From assembly GCA_964016885.1 (NCBI GenBank), contig OZ024740.1, positions 145,328,001-145,392,000 on the forward strand: a stretch of 64,000 nucleotides of DNA. The letters run 5' to 3'. Positions 26,153 to 39,573 of this stretch are shown one piece after another. This stretch comes from Eledone cirrhosa. Lineage: Eukaryota. Numbering within the stretch: the stretch's first letter is position 1; every line of letters begins with the position of its first letter. The notes beneath the pieces were generated by a model. It saw only the letters and a program-made list of their open reading frames with translations, searched no databases and had not been told where the DNA came from. Position numbers and translations under genes: made by a program.

Positions 26153-29149
26153 TTGGAAGGGATTTTGTTGTTATTACTAGCAGATTAAGGAAACCCACAG
26201 AGGCTCCTTCGTTGAATAGTAAGCTGACATTGCATTTTCATGTGCATCAAGTTTTACTGTAAATAATTCATACATAGTTCTTGCAGTTGCACTTCTTCAA
26301 AGTTTCTGTTTAAATAACCCACTCTCGGAAAGTAAGTATCGTAATTTTGGCAACATAGCGTTTATATCATATAACATAGGGGGGTTTGTAAAAGAAAAAT
26401 ATAAATTGGAGACTATTTACTTCACAGAATATAATGCCAACACGCCGAAGGGGACGAATTTGGAACTTGAGCCAAGAATCTATCGTTTCCACACAGAACG
26501 CATCCTTAATTGAGCTAATTTCTGTTAGAGGGTTTACTGTAGATGTCAGATTCACGTGAAGCAACGTAGGTTGTTCATTTCATCTTTATAGGCGGATATT
26601 AAACATTGTAAATAAACTTCTTGTGAAAAGTGGGGTCGAACATAATTTGCGCTCTACTGCGAGTTCATGCTTATACTGATATTAATCTCAGTACGGCTTC
26701 TGACAGGAAAGCTAGTATAATCTAAACATATATTTGTAGGTTTTCGACACAATGATTTGAAAGCTAGGCTGAATCACTTTAGAATATTTTATTAAGCTTA
26801 TATTTATGTGGGTTTTTTTAAAGAAGTATAATAAAAGAACACTGTTATGACTATATGGCATAATGCCAATCCACAACCGAAGCAATTTTGGCAAATGGAG
26901 CAGAATTTTCGCTTGGTTTCCTTGAATTTAAGGAAGCTCAAAGAAACAACCAAGAACGTACGCAACATAACAATAATTCCCGAGGCTCAAGAAACAAGAG
27001 TGGTAAACTTACGACATTTGCAAAGCCAATGTGAGAAGCCGTAAACATTTTAGGCTTGTAAAGGAATATCACGCCACACGCCATTTGAGTAATTAGTTAC
27101 CCTAAAGATTTGGCGTGTGAAATTCTGCTTGGTTAAGCATTCTTATTTAGAAATTTCTTAATGAGAAGAATATGCTACGGCAACCCTAATCTGTTGTTTC
27201 AGACACAAATAGTTAACATGCAGCTCTTTGCTATTTTTTCTTGTTTAAAAACAATATATAAATATCATTATCCACAATAACATAATTCTACAATTAAACC
27301 ACTGAAAACACTGAATTCTCACCTAACAAAACATAGTTGCTCATTATTTTACCTCATAATATCTAAACGTTAATTATTGTAGAATAATAGTCATATTTCT
27401 ATTATTACTTATAAAAAATATAGTTTTATTCAGAACAAAGTTAACTCTTTGATATAAGTTTCTTGCAAAACTACTTACAATCATTTCATGATTTTTCATT
27501 ATTTCCCATCTTAAGGACAAGGGATTTTGGAATTTGGAATTGCTGTATGAGACTGAAATCAATTTTGAAAGACAAAAAATTATATTAAAGCAATTTACAG
27601 GAAGTTTCTCACACGAGTCGTAATGAAAATATTTGTGCTAGGATTCCCAGCACTATATATAAAATTGTAGTAATACGTTTTCCCAATATTTTTTTCTTGA
27701 AACGTCTATATTGTTCCATAACTTTTCATGAATTCAAAGACTTACAAGATGGGAATAAAAATGGTTATTTTTTGTTAGGAATCTTCCATAGGTACTACCA
27801 CCGCCAATACATCGCACCTAGTCAGGAAAACTATATTTGATTTATATATTTCATCACAAGTATCTTTAAATTCATAAACTTAATCTTATTTGTACTATTT
27901 TATAAGCAACAATAATGGTTGCACAGTTATTCAATAATATATTATAGAAATATATCGCGAAGCAAAAGTTATGTTTTATGAGGAACTATTCTATATTTAG
28001 TTACGTCTTTAATAGTGAGAAATATCCGGTTGATGGATGCAAAATGATATACGATATGCTTCTTTCATTTACTTTATCAAATACATAATAAGCACATAAG
28101 GTATTCGTAATGGATGAAAGAAAGTACATAAAAATGCAGTGACACTTATACAATCGTATTAGATGGGTGGAGTGAAGATATTTCATTGAGTAGTGAAGGC
28201 TGCTAAAATTATATTGCTAGATTAATGATAAAAATAGCAGTTGCATGGCACGTAGTCAGCTAAACGATTAGGTACGAATTGAGCTTAAACTTGGAAATTA
28301 TCTTGAGGTGCAAATAACAATACCGAAGAGCAATCTTAAATGTAACGATAATTATAAATTAGAATTCTTAATTATAATAAATATATTTTTTCTAAGTTAA
28401 AATATATAATGTGGGTGAATTGATTACTGATGTAATTCATATTGTAAGCTCAAATTAAATTAATCCCCATCTTAAACAAATTAGCCAAATTCTGCATGTT
28501 AAATTAGACCCCGATAAATATCAAATATAAATGCAATGAAGATCTAACTTAATAGAATATTGAAGATATTCTAAACAAATATTGTTATGTGGCATCAAAC
28601 GTTCCCTTATATTCATGAAATGATATGTCCATTACCAGGTTGTATTGTAGGTAAATATATAGAATACGCATGTTTCAAAACATTTCGTCCGCATTCCAAT
28701 TTAAAACCGATCTCTAAAAGCCCATGTGGAAAAGAGCGGTTTATGATTTAAGACCAAAATATCAATTTAATATATACTTCATTACTTGGAATTTCTAAAA
28801 TTAATAGTTCATTATTTTTCTCGCCACAGATACGATATCAAAGATTAATACGCAATTGAAATACACTCCTAGTACTATCACCACCTCTGCTTTAAACAAA
28901 ACGTTTACGAATGTATACATTATGCGACCGGCAGTGCGTGCATGTGAAATATATTTGTGTATGTGAAATATATTTGTGATCAGTCCTAAAATCTGTTCCC
29001 AAAACTGTCAACAATATTATGATGATAGAAGTCTCCTATCGCGAGTTGTTAATCTATTTTGCATAGGTTTTAAAAAGTCTATAATTGTTTCAAATAAACA
29101 CATTTCTCAAATCTTCTGCAATCTGCCGTAAAAGGGGTTTGTGAAACTT

Positions 29150-29430
29150 TATTTATCTTGACTGAGTCGTTTGAACGTCTAATTGAATGCTTTGTGGTAT
29201 TCGGTCTGGCTCTATGCGCTCAATTTTCGAATCCTTCCATGGCCAACTTTGTTTTTCCTCCTTTCGAGATCGATAAAAAAGAACCAGTCCAGTACTGGAG
29301 TTGACTCTTCCTCTATATCTGTCTCTCACTTCCCCCTTCACTCCCTTTCCCCTTCTCTCTCTCTCCTCTTCTGGAAGAAATTGGCTGCGAGAGAAATTGA
29401 TCTTAAGAGGAGATGGAACCTGCCATGTTT
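29150..29430 (+). mobile_element. SINE family B, diverged
   Basis: Core ttcgagatcgataaaaaagaaccag and tail ctggaagaaattggctg. Confidence 0.55.
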
Positions 29431-30464
29431 AAAATAGCCAAGAAATATCGTATGTTAGGACGGCGCACATACAAATATACGTAAATACATGCTACTGCAT
29501 AGCTTGACTCACAACCCTCAGAAATAGTATTTGCCCTCAATACTCATACATCATTTTTTTTTGTATTTATCACTATGTAAATTATATTGATATGTAATTT
29601 CGGAATTTCGGAATAAAACACCGTCTTAGAATTTTGAAAGGAGTTGATATTAAAAATTATTTGGTCGTTTCAGAAATAAAGACCGATTTTAGTAATAAAT
29701 TTACGTGTAAACAACAATATTAATTGAAAGAACTTATACGGTGATAGTAATGGTTGTATTGATCTTGTTATTGATGATGGTGATGGTGGTGAGGGTATTA
29801 TTAAGGTTGTGGTCATGTTGTTCTCGTTAATAGTATTGATGTTGCTGTTTAGCCAATCCCTATTGACCAGACCTAAGATCAAAGACATTTCATCATATTT
29901 TAAAATACACTTGAGTGCCACATTACCTCTGACTTATATTTTACTATGGAGTTATTTATGTTCCTCATATTATTGTTGTTATTGTTTTGGTCATTAGGGA
30001 GTTTGTGAGTTGGTAATGGTGATGGTTGTAATGGTTTTGTTTATGGCGGCTGCGTTAATGTTGATAGATAGTAGCGGTGATGAAGGTTATATATACTATA
30101 TACTTGCATAGTACTCATAAAATGACAGGTTTATAGTAAAAATATTTAATTCAATAATTCCTTCATTACAACATATGTAAAAATACTTGAAACCTCTAAT
30201 TTACGTGACCTTCTCACTTTTGTCACCCAGGCTATCGCTATATTTCATATTACATTCATTTATATCAATTACAATAAATTCTTCCACATATTCTTTAATC
30301 TTTATCAAACATATATCAACTAAATTACGATGACTTTGTCTTACCTGTAACTATCTATGTAGCTATCTTCGGACTTCTATTGGGATTTAGTCTTTGTTAT
30401 CGTTGTTCTTGTCCGAAAATAGATATATTGGTAAATATGCATAAATAGATAACTATAGATTGAC

Positions 30465-30476
30465 AGTCAGACAGAC

Positions 30477-30560
<84 letters not shown>

Positions 30561-30787
30561 TGATAGTTTATTGTCCGAAGTAGATAAATACATAGGTAGA
30601 GAGCTACAGATAGTTGCTGCATGATCACTGAACATCTTGTTAACACTGCGTGAGATTAGTAAAGAGGAAGTTATGAAATTACTATTTCCCATTTCCCGGG
30701 CAAGTTACGATAAAGATATTTTCACTGACCTTGTGACCTTGTGGTTTCTTATATATATATATGTGTGTGTGTGTGTATAAATATATG

Positions 30788-30858
<71 letters not shown>

Positions 30859-30860
30859 TG
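30465..30860. repeat. (GATA)n and (TA)n microsatellites
   Basis: Simple repeats at 30465-30560 and 30750-30857. Confidence 0.95.
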
Positions 30861-31309
30861 GCAAATACTCAAAGTTTGTTGTATTTCTAAATCTCAAATG
30901 TTTTAAAATTTGGCAAATATTTGAAAACTGACAATTAGTGTATTACACATGTGTGTATTATGTTGTATGAGGCAAAGTTTTTTTAACCTTGATCTATGAC
31001 CTTCTGCAGGTTCATTTAGGCTCCTACTACCAACAGCAAAAATGCTCCTTTGCGATTTACTAATGATGATCGCTTATCGTACTATTTTTTTGTACAATTT
31101 CTTAACTATTTCTGTTCCCAGTAATAACACTTTGGTGAACTATACCGGCTGCAAACAACTATATAGATACCGCACTCTTCTATCCTTATAACTGTTGCTT
31201 TGGTAATTTCCTTCCTTCGTCGATCCTTTCTATATCGTTTTTGGTTTTCTATTAGTCATCATCATCATTCGTCGACTACTGTCGAGATGATGGATCTCAC
31301 TCTCATGCC

Positions 31310-34020
31310 CTAGAATTCCCTGGCCCCCATCGCTGCCCCCAGGTCCTGTCTACTGATTCCCGTATCCCTAGAGATAACGTCAGGGAATGACAGCTTCCTA
31401 CTCCTAGTCAGGCTGGAGTCAGGGTTCCAGAGCAAGAGAGCGGATATGATTTCATTGCTGGCACGGTGACAGTGGCCAGCAAATTGAGCTCTCCGGGATT
31501 TTAGAAGGGCAGAGGCTCGAGGGAGTTTGCCATAGATTTTAGACAAGGTGGGATGTCGTTTCCAGGATAGATTTTGCACTCTCATTAAGAGGCGGGTATA
31601 TGTGCCATCCAATCTCCTCTCAAGTTGTGATGTTAGTGTCCAAGTTTCGGATCCATAAAGTAATATGGGCTTAATGGTTGCTTGGAATATTTCCAGTTTT
31701 AGCTTGTTGGTAAGTTGAGATGTCCATATGGCGTGCATGTCATTGCACGCTGACCATGCCATACCCTTCCTGGTTAGAAAATCTTTTTTGGAGGAGGAGA
31801 TATATGAGCCAAGATACTTGTAATCTTCCACCTGCTTAAGGGTGGTACCATTAAGGGTTCTGATGGGGTAGTTTGGGCTGTTTGCGCATCTGTTCACATA
31901 CTCAGTCTTGGATTCGTTGAGGTACAGTCCAACACAGTTGGACGCTTGCTCTAATGACTTCAAAAGACTCTCAGCATTTTCCAGTGTCCGACTGATCAAT
32001 GCGATGTCGTCAGCAAAGTCGGTGTCGGTCAAGTATTTTGCTGGGTAGCGTGAGCTTCTCCTAGGCTGTAGTTGGTATCCCCTATCCTGAATCCTATCCA
32101 CAGACATGCGCAAAACATAATCCACAACAATGATAAATAGATACGGAGCAAGGGTATCGCCCTGTAAAATTCCAGCGAGGATTGAGTAAGGTGGTGTTTC
32201 CCCATCTGGGGTCAGGACAGTTGATTTGGTATCTGTATACATTACACGTATGGCCGCGATGATTTTATCAGGAATCCCATAGAGTTGTAGAATTTCAAAC
32301 ATCCCCGACCTGTCAACTGAATCGAAGGCTTTTGAAAAATCAACAAAGATGAGTGCAAGGTCTAGATTGTGGTTTTGGGACTCCTCTATAAGTCGGCGAA
32401 GGCAGAGAATCTGGCTAAGTGTTGATCTACCTCTCCTAAATCCATTCTGGTTGTTACGAAGGATTGGCTCAAGAAATGGGATTAAGCGGTTAAGAAGAAG
32501 CTTGTTGTATATTTTTGCAGCAATTGCCATGAGAGAAATTCCTCTATAGTTGGTGGCTAAAGAAAGATCTCCTTTTGGGGGCATGGGGATAATTTGAGCT
32601 GCATGCCAGACGCTAGGTGGTTTATTGGTCTCGAAAGTATGGTTACATAAGTTGAGCAAAAGGATATGGAAATGCTCATCCTTCCAAATCAGGGTAGGTA
32701 TATTATCCGGCCCAAAGGCTTTTGAGGCTTTGAGCTGTTTGATGGTTTCTTTGAGCTCAGGCATGGTGAAAGGAGAGGTGTTGATTCCTAAAGGCTCTGA
32801 GACCTGAACGGAAGGCAGTTGATAGTTATCAGGGAGTCTGGCCTTTTTCCCTAGAAGGTTTTTAAAATGAGCAGACCAATTTTCAAGACGTTTTTTGGCA
32901 GAGCCTCCTTTGATTCCAACTGCAGAGTTTGAGTTTTTGCCTGAAAGATCTTTGACAACCTTCCAAGCAAGATGATGGTGTTTGCTGATGTGATGTTGCG
33001 ATAGCTGATCAATCCTACCTGAGATATAGTCGGCTTCAGCATTAAGATAAGCGTCGTCTCGTGATTTTTTGGCCATGATAAGCTGTATCTTTTTCCCTTG
33101 AGATGGTGATTAATGGTGAGATTGGGATATTGACCTAAGATGGGCCCTTGCCTCAACTACCTTCTCTGAGGCACTAGGTTTCATTTGGCTTCGGATTTTC
33201 TCCTAAAGGAGGAATAAGATCTAGAATCTTTGATTGAGTTTCTCCATTTCTTGCGAAATATCAAATAGTCAATCTGAGCTCGTTTTGGGTTTGGGTATTC
33301 GAAGGTCCAAAGCTGGCCTCTGGTCTTCATGAAGCTGTTGTTTGAGCTGAATAGACTGAATTCCTCCATGAAGTCCTTGAGATATTCTCCGTTTCGGTTA
33401 GTAACCCTATTGTATGTGAACTTTACTTCATCCGGGCCAAGTTGAGCGTTGACGTCTCCAGCGATGATAAGAAAGTTGTGTAAGGGTACTTGCTCAACAA
33501 CTGTGCGAAGGGTCGTGTAGAATTCTCTTACCTCATCCTCAGGAGAGGCGTTATGAGGACTGTATACACATATTGCAGTGGTTCTAGGATTGCCCTCTAG
33601 TGTAAGCACCAAGATTCTGGGAGAGATTGTTTCAATCCCCAGAAGATTATTGCTGGCTTTAGATGAGAGAAGGCAGCCGACTCCTCCGACGGAGGCATTG
33701 ACAGGGTTCTTGGTGGCTGAAGAGGTGACAAGTTGGTAGGATCCTAGGGTGTGATACGTTAGATCATCCTTTGGGTGGAAAAAGCGGTGTTCTTGGACCG
33801 CAAGGATGTCAATGTTCTGAAGTTTGGCATTCTCTGCCAGCTCCTGGAGTCTACCTGCTGGAAGGAGGATTCTGGTGTTCAAGGAGCTAACTATTATTTG
33901 CTTTTTACAGCTAGCCAAGCGAGATTTGCTTGTTGTTTGGACCTGATTCTTCTCCATCAGATTAACCCCGTCCCTTGAGATTTGAGGATTCATCATCATT
34001 CGATGCCTTTGTAGGTGCAT
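31310..34020 (-). pseudogene. RTE APE + RT polyprotein, disrupted
   Basis: APE 33181-34020 (LAVQEHR, CVYSPH, IAGDVNA, QIDY) lacks the terminal SDH motif, which implies a deletion. RT 31310-33076 (KAFGPDNIP, NYRGISL, QNGFRRGRST, FVDFSKAFDSV, GILQGDTLAP, FADD, YKYLGS, LLYGSETW). Confidence 0.9.
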
Positions 34021-34439
34021 TATGATCAGAAACAGGACCCAGGAAAGCAGGGGCTGGACCTATATCAACAGGTATACCATATAGTGTGGTTCCCTGAGGA
34101 ACAGGAACCCTGGTGCAGTTAGTTGTGAAATCCATCATCCTTTCAAATAGCTAGTAATGTGCGTGGGCGCCACTACTACACACATGTGAAAGAATTTGAC
34201 AACCAAGTCTTGAAGAGGGTACTTTCTCCTCCGTGTGGTGGGTTACCCGGCGCCAGATACCAACCTGGCATTTATACCCTCGCCCTAATTGTTCGTGTTG
34301 CAAGCACTAGAGTAGTCGCTAACCAAAGCTACGGACCCACTCTATCCGTCTGGAGATACGTTGTACTAGCTTACCAGCATACTAGTAGCAGGAAGTTGAC
34401 TTTTCCGGCACTGCAGCGCCTTTCGGCGGGCCGTGCTGG

Positions 34440-34654
34440 TTTTGGATGGCCATTGACTCCAAGAGCTCTTAAGAGCTACCAGGGGTTCCTTTGCCCTTTG
34501 ACAGGTTTTGTTTTTAGTCCTGCAGGATGTCCAAAGTCACCCTCCTCACCAAGAAATCTTGGTGGGGTTGCCAGTTTAGTCGCCAACGACCCGACCATGA
34601 GACAGGTTGTACTGGGATACATGTTACCAGTAGCACCAACTGGTGACCTGACCA
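34440..34654 (-). ncRNA. Candidate structured cis-acting RNA at the RTE 5' end
   Basis: Hairpin series with compensatory changes relative to the copy at 39920-40107. Confidence 0.5.
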
Positions 34655-34656
34655 AT

Positions 34657-34698
<42 letters not shown>

Positions 34699-35203
34699 GA
34701 GGAGGAGGAGGTTATTTTGTATTTACTTTTGCCTTAAAATCCCAAAGATACGGGCTCAGAAGGTGTAGGAGCGCGCTCTCTGGTGTGCAGGACCACATGT
34801 ACTTATCGCCTCGTAGTCCCAACTGACTGAATAGAGAAATCGTTGCCCCCAGAGATGTGTTGGAAGAATAGTCATTCCAACCACGAGGATCACATCTGCG
34901 GGAGGCCAATTCCGCCCCGATAGTAATGACTAGAGAGGTAGTCCATGTACAATATGACAACGATGCTTGTGTCTGTCACCGAATGCACCAAGTTGCAGCG
35001 GGAGAAACTAAAACATCAAAATAATATTGCAGATCATGGTTAAATTTCTTTTTAAATAATGTAAAAGCACCATCTAAAAACGCCATTTTTTTTTTTTTTT
35101 TTTTTTTTTAGTTAATGTAAACCCACTGAAATTGTCTAAATTGCTGATCCCCAATACATTGCGTTAAGAAAATCCATTCTAAACTCGGATAGTTTAGTAT
35201 GAA

Positions 35204-35332
35204 TTCTCTTCAATTAAATTGGTCATGGCTGTGTAGTTCTCTTCAATTAAATTGGTCATGGCTGTGTAGTTCTCTTCAATTAAATTGGTCATGGCTGTGT
35301 AGTTCTCTTCAATTAAATTGGTCATGGCTGTG
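35204..35332. repeat. 33-bp minisatellite, about 3.9 copies
   Basis: Unit ttctcttcaattaaattggtcatggctgtgtag at 35204, 35237, 35270 and 35303. Confidence 0.95.
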
Positions 35333-35465
35333 AGGTTCGCTTGGCAACTACGTGGTTTCAGATTCAATTTCATTGTGTGGAAAAGTGTCATCTGTGAAAA
35401 TCTCGGGTCAACCAAAGAAGTATGAGTGGAATTTGATAGTCGAAAATTATATAGAAATCCGTCAG
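35320..35465 (+). mobile_element. Degenerate tRNA-derived SINE (octopus OR-like)
   Basis: ggtcatggctgtg head, then ctcgggtcaaccaaag...tgagtggaatttgatagtcgaaa. Family assignment is from memory. Confidence 0.5.
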
Positions 35466-36389
35466 AGAGACCATTCCTGCTCTTCTATGATGAATTGAAG
35501 TCGCCACTAGGTTTAATAATATCTCCTAGCCCTTGAAAATCTTTAGGAGAGTACTCATTGTTGCAAGCAATCGGGCTAAGTTACCAGTCTGAAGAAAGTT
35601 CTTCCTTTTCTCCTACAAGTTTCGGGGGCCTTGAAAAAGATCATGAGCACAGTCCTGCCTCCTCCGACTAAATCATGTAAAAGTTAGACAAAAACATTTG
35701 AAATATTAAAACAACTTTTACTTTCTTCATTTGCTTTTGTTTTTTTGTTTGTTTGTTTTTTTTTGTTTTTAGAATTTCATCTATATTACGAAACCTTTGA
35801 GAATAACACATTTAACTTTTATAACCTGTTTTCATCTTAAGGAAAGTCTGATATGTGATTCGACCGTAATATCTGTAAAGACGTTACATATTTAATCATC
35901 AATACCTAATTCATATTTCATTAACGAAATATTGATTTGTTTAGAATAAACACTTGATTAATTTTATGGGGAATGTCTATAATATCTTGCATGGACTCAG
36001 TATATTACTGGTACTTATTTTATCGGTTATAGAAGGGGGAAATAGCAAAACTGAGCCTTATGCAAACTAAACATTAAACAATAAATTTTGAATCCAGAAA
36101 ACTCATAAATTATATATCTCTCTGCATTATTACTTAATCCAGCACTATCACTTTTAAATAAACATTTTTACATAAACACAATACTCATAAAGAAGACTTG
36201 ATTAATGTCTTTCTTAAATATATTCCTCGTATATATGAAAGAAAATGGAAACTATCTAGAATCGAAGCCGAGTTCTGAACTCAGCTCAACGAAATCTTAC
36301 CTACGAGTCTACAGTATTCTGCCCATTTGTGAAATTACTGGTTTCATTTTGACAATGTATGTTCGTATGTATGTATATGTGGATGGATG

Positions 36390-36880
36390 AACCCGTAGAG
36401 GCGCCGTAGTGACATACAGTGTGTCTTTGACATTTTAAACTTGGCGAGGCCCATCTTCTCTCCAGGTCTGAACACAGCCAGTCTCTTCCAGAGAGGAAAG
36501 AAAGTGATAGAGAGGAAATGGAAAAGAGATAGAGACGGAAAATCAACCTCAGTACTTGAGTACTACTTCATTTATCGACCTAGAAATAATTGTTTCTACG
36601 TTAGGCACAAAGCCAGCATTACTGGTACTTTATTTTATCGACCCCGTAAGGATGAAAGGCAAAGTTAACCTTGGCGGGATTTGAACTCAGAATGGCAAAG
36701 GCCGTAACTCTATGCGTCAAAGCATGGCGTCCGACCCTCTACTGATACTGCCAATCCACCGCTAGAAATAATGAAAGGCAATGTGGACCTCGGTTGTCTT
36801 TCAAGCCAGAGCGCAGAGAACCGGAATGAACACCGCAAAGTATTATATTCCATGATCCTGTGGTTCTGCCAATTCGACGC
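36390..36880 (-). mobile_element. Family B SINE interrupted by a younger family A SINE (36591-36761)
   Basis: 11-bp TSD ctagaaataat at 36580-36590 and 36762-36772. The host core resumes (gaaaggcaa) after the insert. Confidence 0.85.
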
Positions 36881-38131
36881 CTATCTACAGCGTTCTTCTC
36901 ATTTACAAAATTACTGGTTTCCTTTTATCCAGGTACAAAGCCCCTTTTCCAAAGGCGCAACTAAATTTTGATTAACAATGAGAATCGAAACTAAATGGTA
37001 GATTTCATTCCCCCAAGTGTTTACTTCATGATTTCCGGAGCTTGTTTCATTTTAGAAATAATATTTTCTAATAAAGCTGCATAAAATAGTTTCCATGTAT
37101 TCACTAAGTCTCTTGTGAAAAGCTCGAGGGCTTTTGGTTGTAATAAAATAATGGCTTCTGACATTAGTATAAGGCCACAAATGTTTTAAAATAACGACTT
37201 TTACGATTGAATTTGCTCCATTCCAAGACAAGATTAAAGGCAAAGCCAGTCCTGGGGCGATTTGAACTCGGTCCGAGTGGGAACGAAACTGTATATTGAG
37301 ATGCTTTTAGCTTGATGTTAACGTTTATGTCGCTTCACTGCACTCTGGTTGCTATGAAATAATTTGAAGTCAACGAAGCACAAAAATCACAAAATATATC
37401 TGCTACACTTATTTATTTTTATTTGGTTTAACGTTGTATTTACATACGCACACATTTTGTAATTCCAACAAGTCTATATTTAAATGTATTTCAATAGATG
37501 TATATTTTTTATGTATATTTGTATAGTCGGAAATATAGATTCATATGTATTTATAGCACTGTATCTGCAATTGTGAATGCATATGTATAAATGATTTAGA
37601 AAATAGATGTAAGTGTGCTTGTTAGACTATACGATAACGTGGTGCGAAACAGTCAAAGGAAAGGTTTGAGATTATACATAAATAAATAAAGCTTCCCAGC
37701 AACATTGTTGAAAAAGCTCCAAACAGGCGTCTCTCGAATAGTTCGTGGTTTTATATTGCTACGAACTATGTGTAAATTCCCCCCGGCTTCGGCAACACCC
37801 TGCATATAACTTTTTCTTCGTTTGGTTACCAGACGTTCAGCAAGAAATAAATGGTTGAATAGTATGTCTGGCAATAAAGCGTATACATAAGCTACCATTA
37901 ATCCATTTGCTGTTGAAATATTATATGTGCAGGTATTGTTTTATAAATACATCCCACAAATGTTATAACTAAATAGACCCATATGAAAAAAATAAATAGA
38001 GACCTTTTAAAGATATCTTCAGATGAACAGATACTACTTCGATTGAGTGAAGCATTGACATTCCTCTTTAGACATACCAATTTCTATGAACGTATAAATT
38101 TCGTTGTATTTCAATTAATTCAATAGATGGA

Positions 38132-39518
38132 CTAAGGTGATCGCTTCATCTGTGTAGATGATTGCCGTCTCTCTGTATACCCCCCAACAACGTCACCACC
38201 CCCAAATGTCCGTTCATGACCTCTTAAGTCCAGTTCCAGATTTGCATGGTCTGCAGCAAATGTGACAGACAAAAGATTGATTGATTGGGCCAATTTGTGG
38301 GATGTCATATGTACTCTCATATGCTTTTTAAGACCAGAAATTGATTTGCAGATTTTTCTGCACACCCCACATGTTGTCTTACCTTGTATTGGAGGGAAAA
38401 TGCTGAGTACAGCTGGTCTTTTGTGTGATTATACAGGAGTAATGTACCTAGATTTAGAGGGCATTAGACGATCGCACATTTCACATCTCCAGCTCCCTAT
38501 GTTCTTATTGAGGTTCATGCTGTGGCCTATTCGAAGCTGACACTTAAGTATTTCATGTTTGTGACGTCTCTCTTAAAACATTCTTCAGACTACCTTCACA
38601 TGTCCTCTCCATTCAACCCTCTTTAAAGCCAGCCCTTCCTAGTTCTGAACTTCAATCTGTAGATCCTTAAGGTTGTTTTTTTTTCCCAGTGTAAAATTGA
38701 CTGTAAAATAGTTGTTTTGAGAGTTTATCATCACTCATACACACAACGTGGCCTTCCCAGCGCATTTGAGAGGATATGATGACAGATTCAATGCCTGTAC
38801 ATCCAGCATCTATAATGATTTGTGTGTCAGGTATTTTGTGTTGCCACTTGATGTTGAGGATTCGTCTTAAACACTTTTGATTAATGTGTTCGAGCAACCT
38901 GAGGTGTCTACGATGTACTGTCCACGTTTCCAAGGAGTACAGCAGAGCACTCAGTATGCAGGCCTTGTATACACTAATATCGGTCTTGTTATTGATGCCA
39001 TGATTCGCCCACACTCTCTGTTTGAGTTTACCGAAGCCTATAGATGTGTATTTCCGCATTCAGCAGCCCATCCCTCGACAATGTACTGCCCAGGTAAACA
39101 AAAGTGTCAACTACACCTAATCTAGTTCTATGCACCTTTATATTTGCTCTCAATGTATGCTTCCCTGGTGCTGGGGGTGAACATTACTATAGTCTTTTTC
39201 AGATTAATGGTCATATCAAAAGCATTACAATAAGCTGCAAGACAATCCATGATGTGTTGCATGTCCTCTTGAGAGTGAGCCAGAAAGTCAACATCGTCTG
39301 CTTTCAGGAGTTCTCTAATTAGTGTTGGGATCACCTTCGACTTGAAATTGAATCTTCTTAGGTCAAAGATTCTACCTGTAGTTCTAACTTGCAATAGAAC
39401 ACGCTTCTCACAGACCTGGAATGCATGAGTCAGCAACATAGGAAAGACTATTGAGAATAGTGTGAGAGCTGAGATGTCTCCTTGCTTCACGCCATTGTCA
39501 ATTGAGATTTCATGGGAT
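38132..39518 (-). mobile_element. 5'-truncated, degenerate RTE (BovB-like) LINE
   Basis: GVKQGD, RTTGRIFDLRRF, LIRELLKADD, INLKKT, LLYSLETW and KCLRRILNIKWQ motifs. C-terminal C2H2 finger CGVCRKICKSISGLKKHMRVH. Short 3' hairpin. Confidence 0.85.
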
Positions 39519-39573
39519 TTCATACATACATACATACATATATACATATATATATATATACATACATACACAC

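Larger units (their letters stand above)
31257..34654 (-). mobile_element. RTE-clade LINE with both termini, internally deleted
   Basis: Single APE-RT ORF in pieces, 5'UTR of about 630 nt, (TGA)n 3' tail. Candidate 6-bp TSD ATTAGT at 31251-31256 and 34655-34660. Confidence 0.9.

Noticed and set aside
34560-34654. Canonical HDV-like ribozyme call
   Set aside because: P2/P4/J4-2-like parts are present, but no consistent P1 and P3 could be built, and P2 is mismatched in the second copy. Kept only as an unclassified structure.
37653-38080. Two abutting minus-strand ORFs with hydrophobic stretches
   Set aside because: No family motif or splice support. Compatible with chance in AT-rich DNA.
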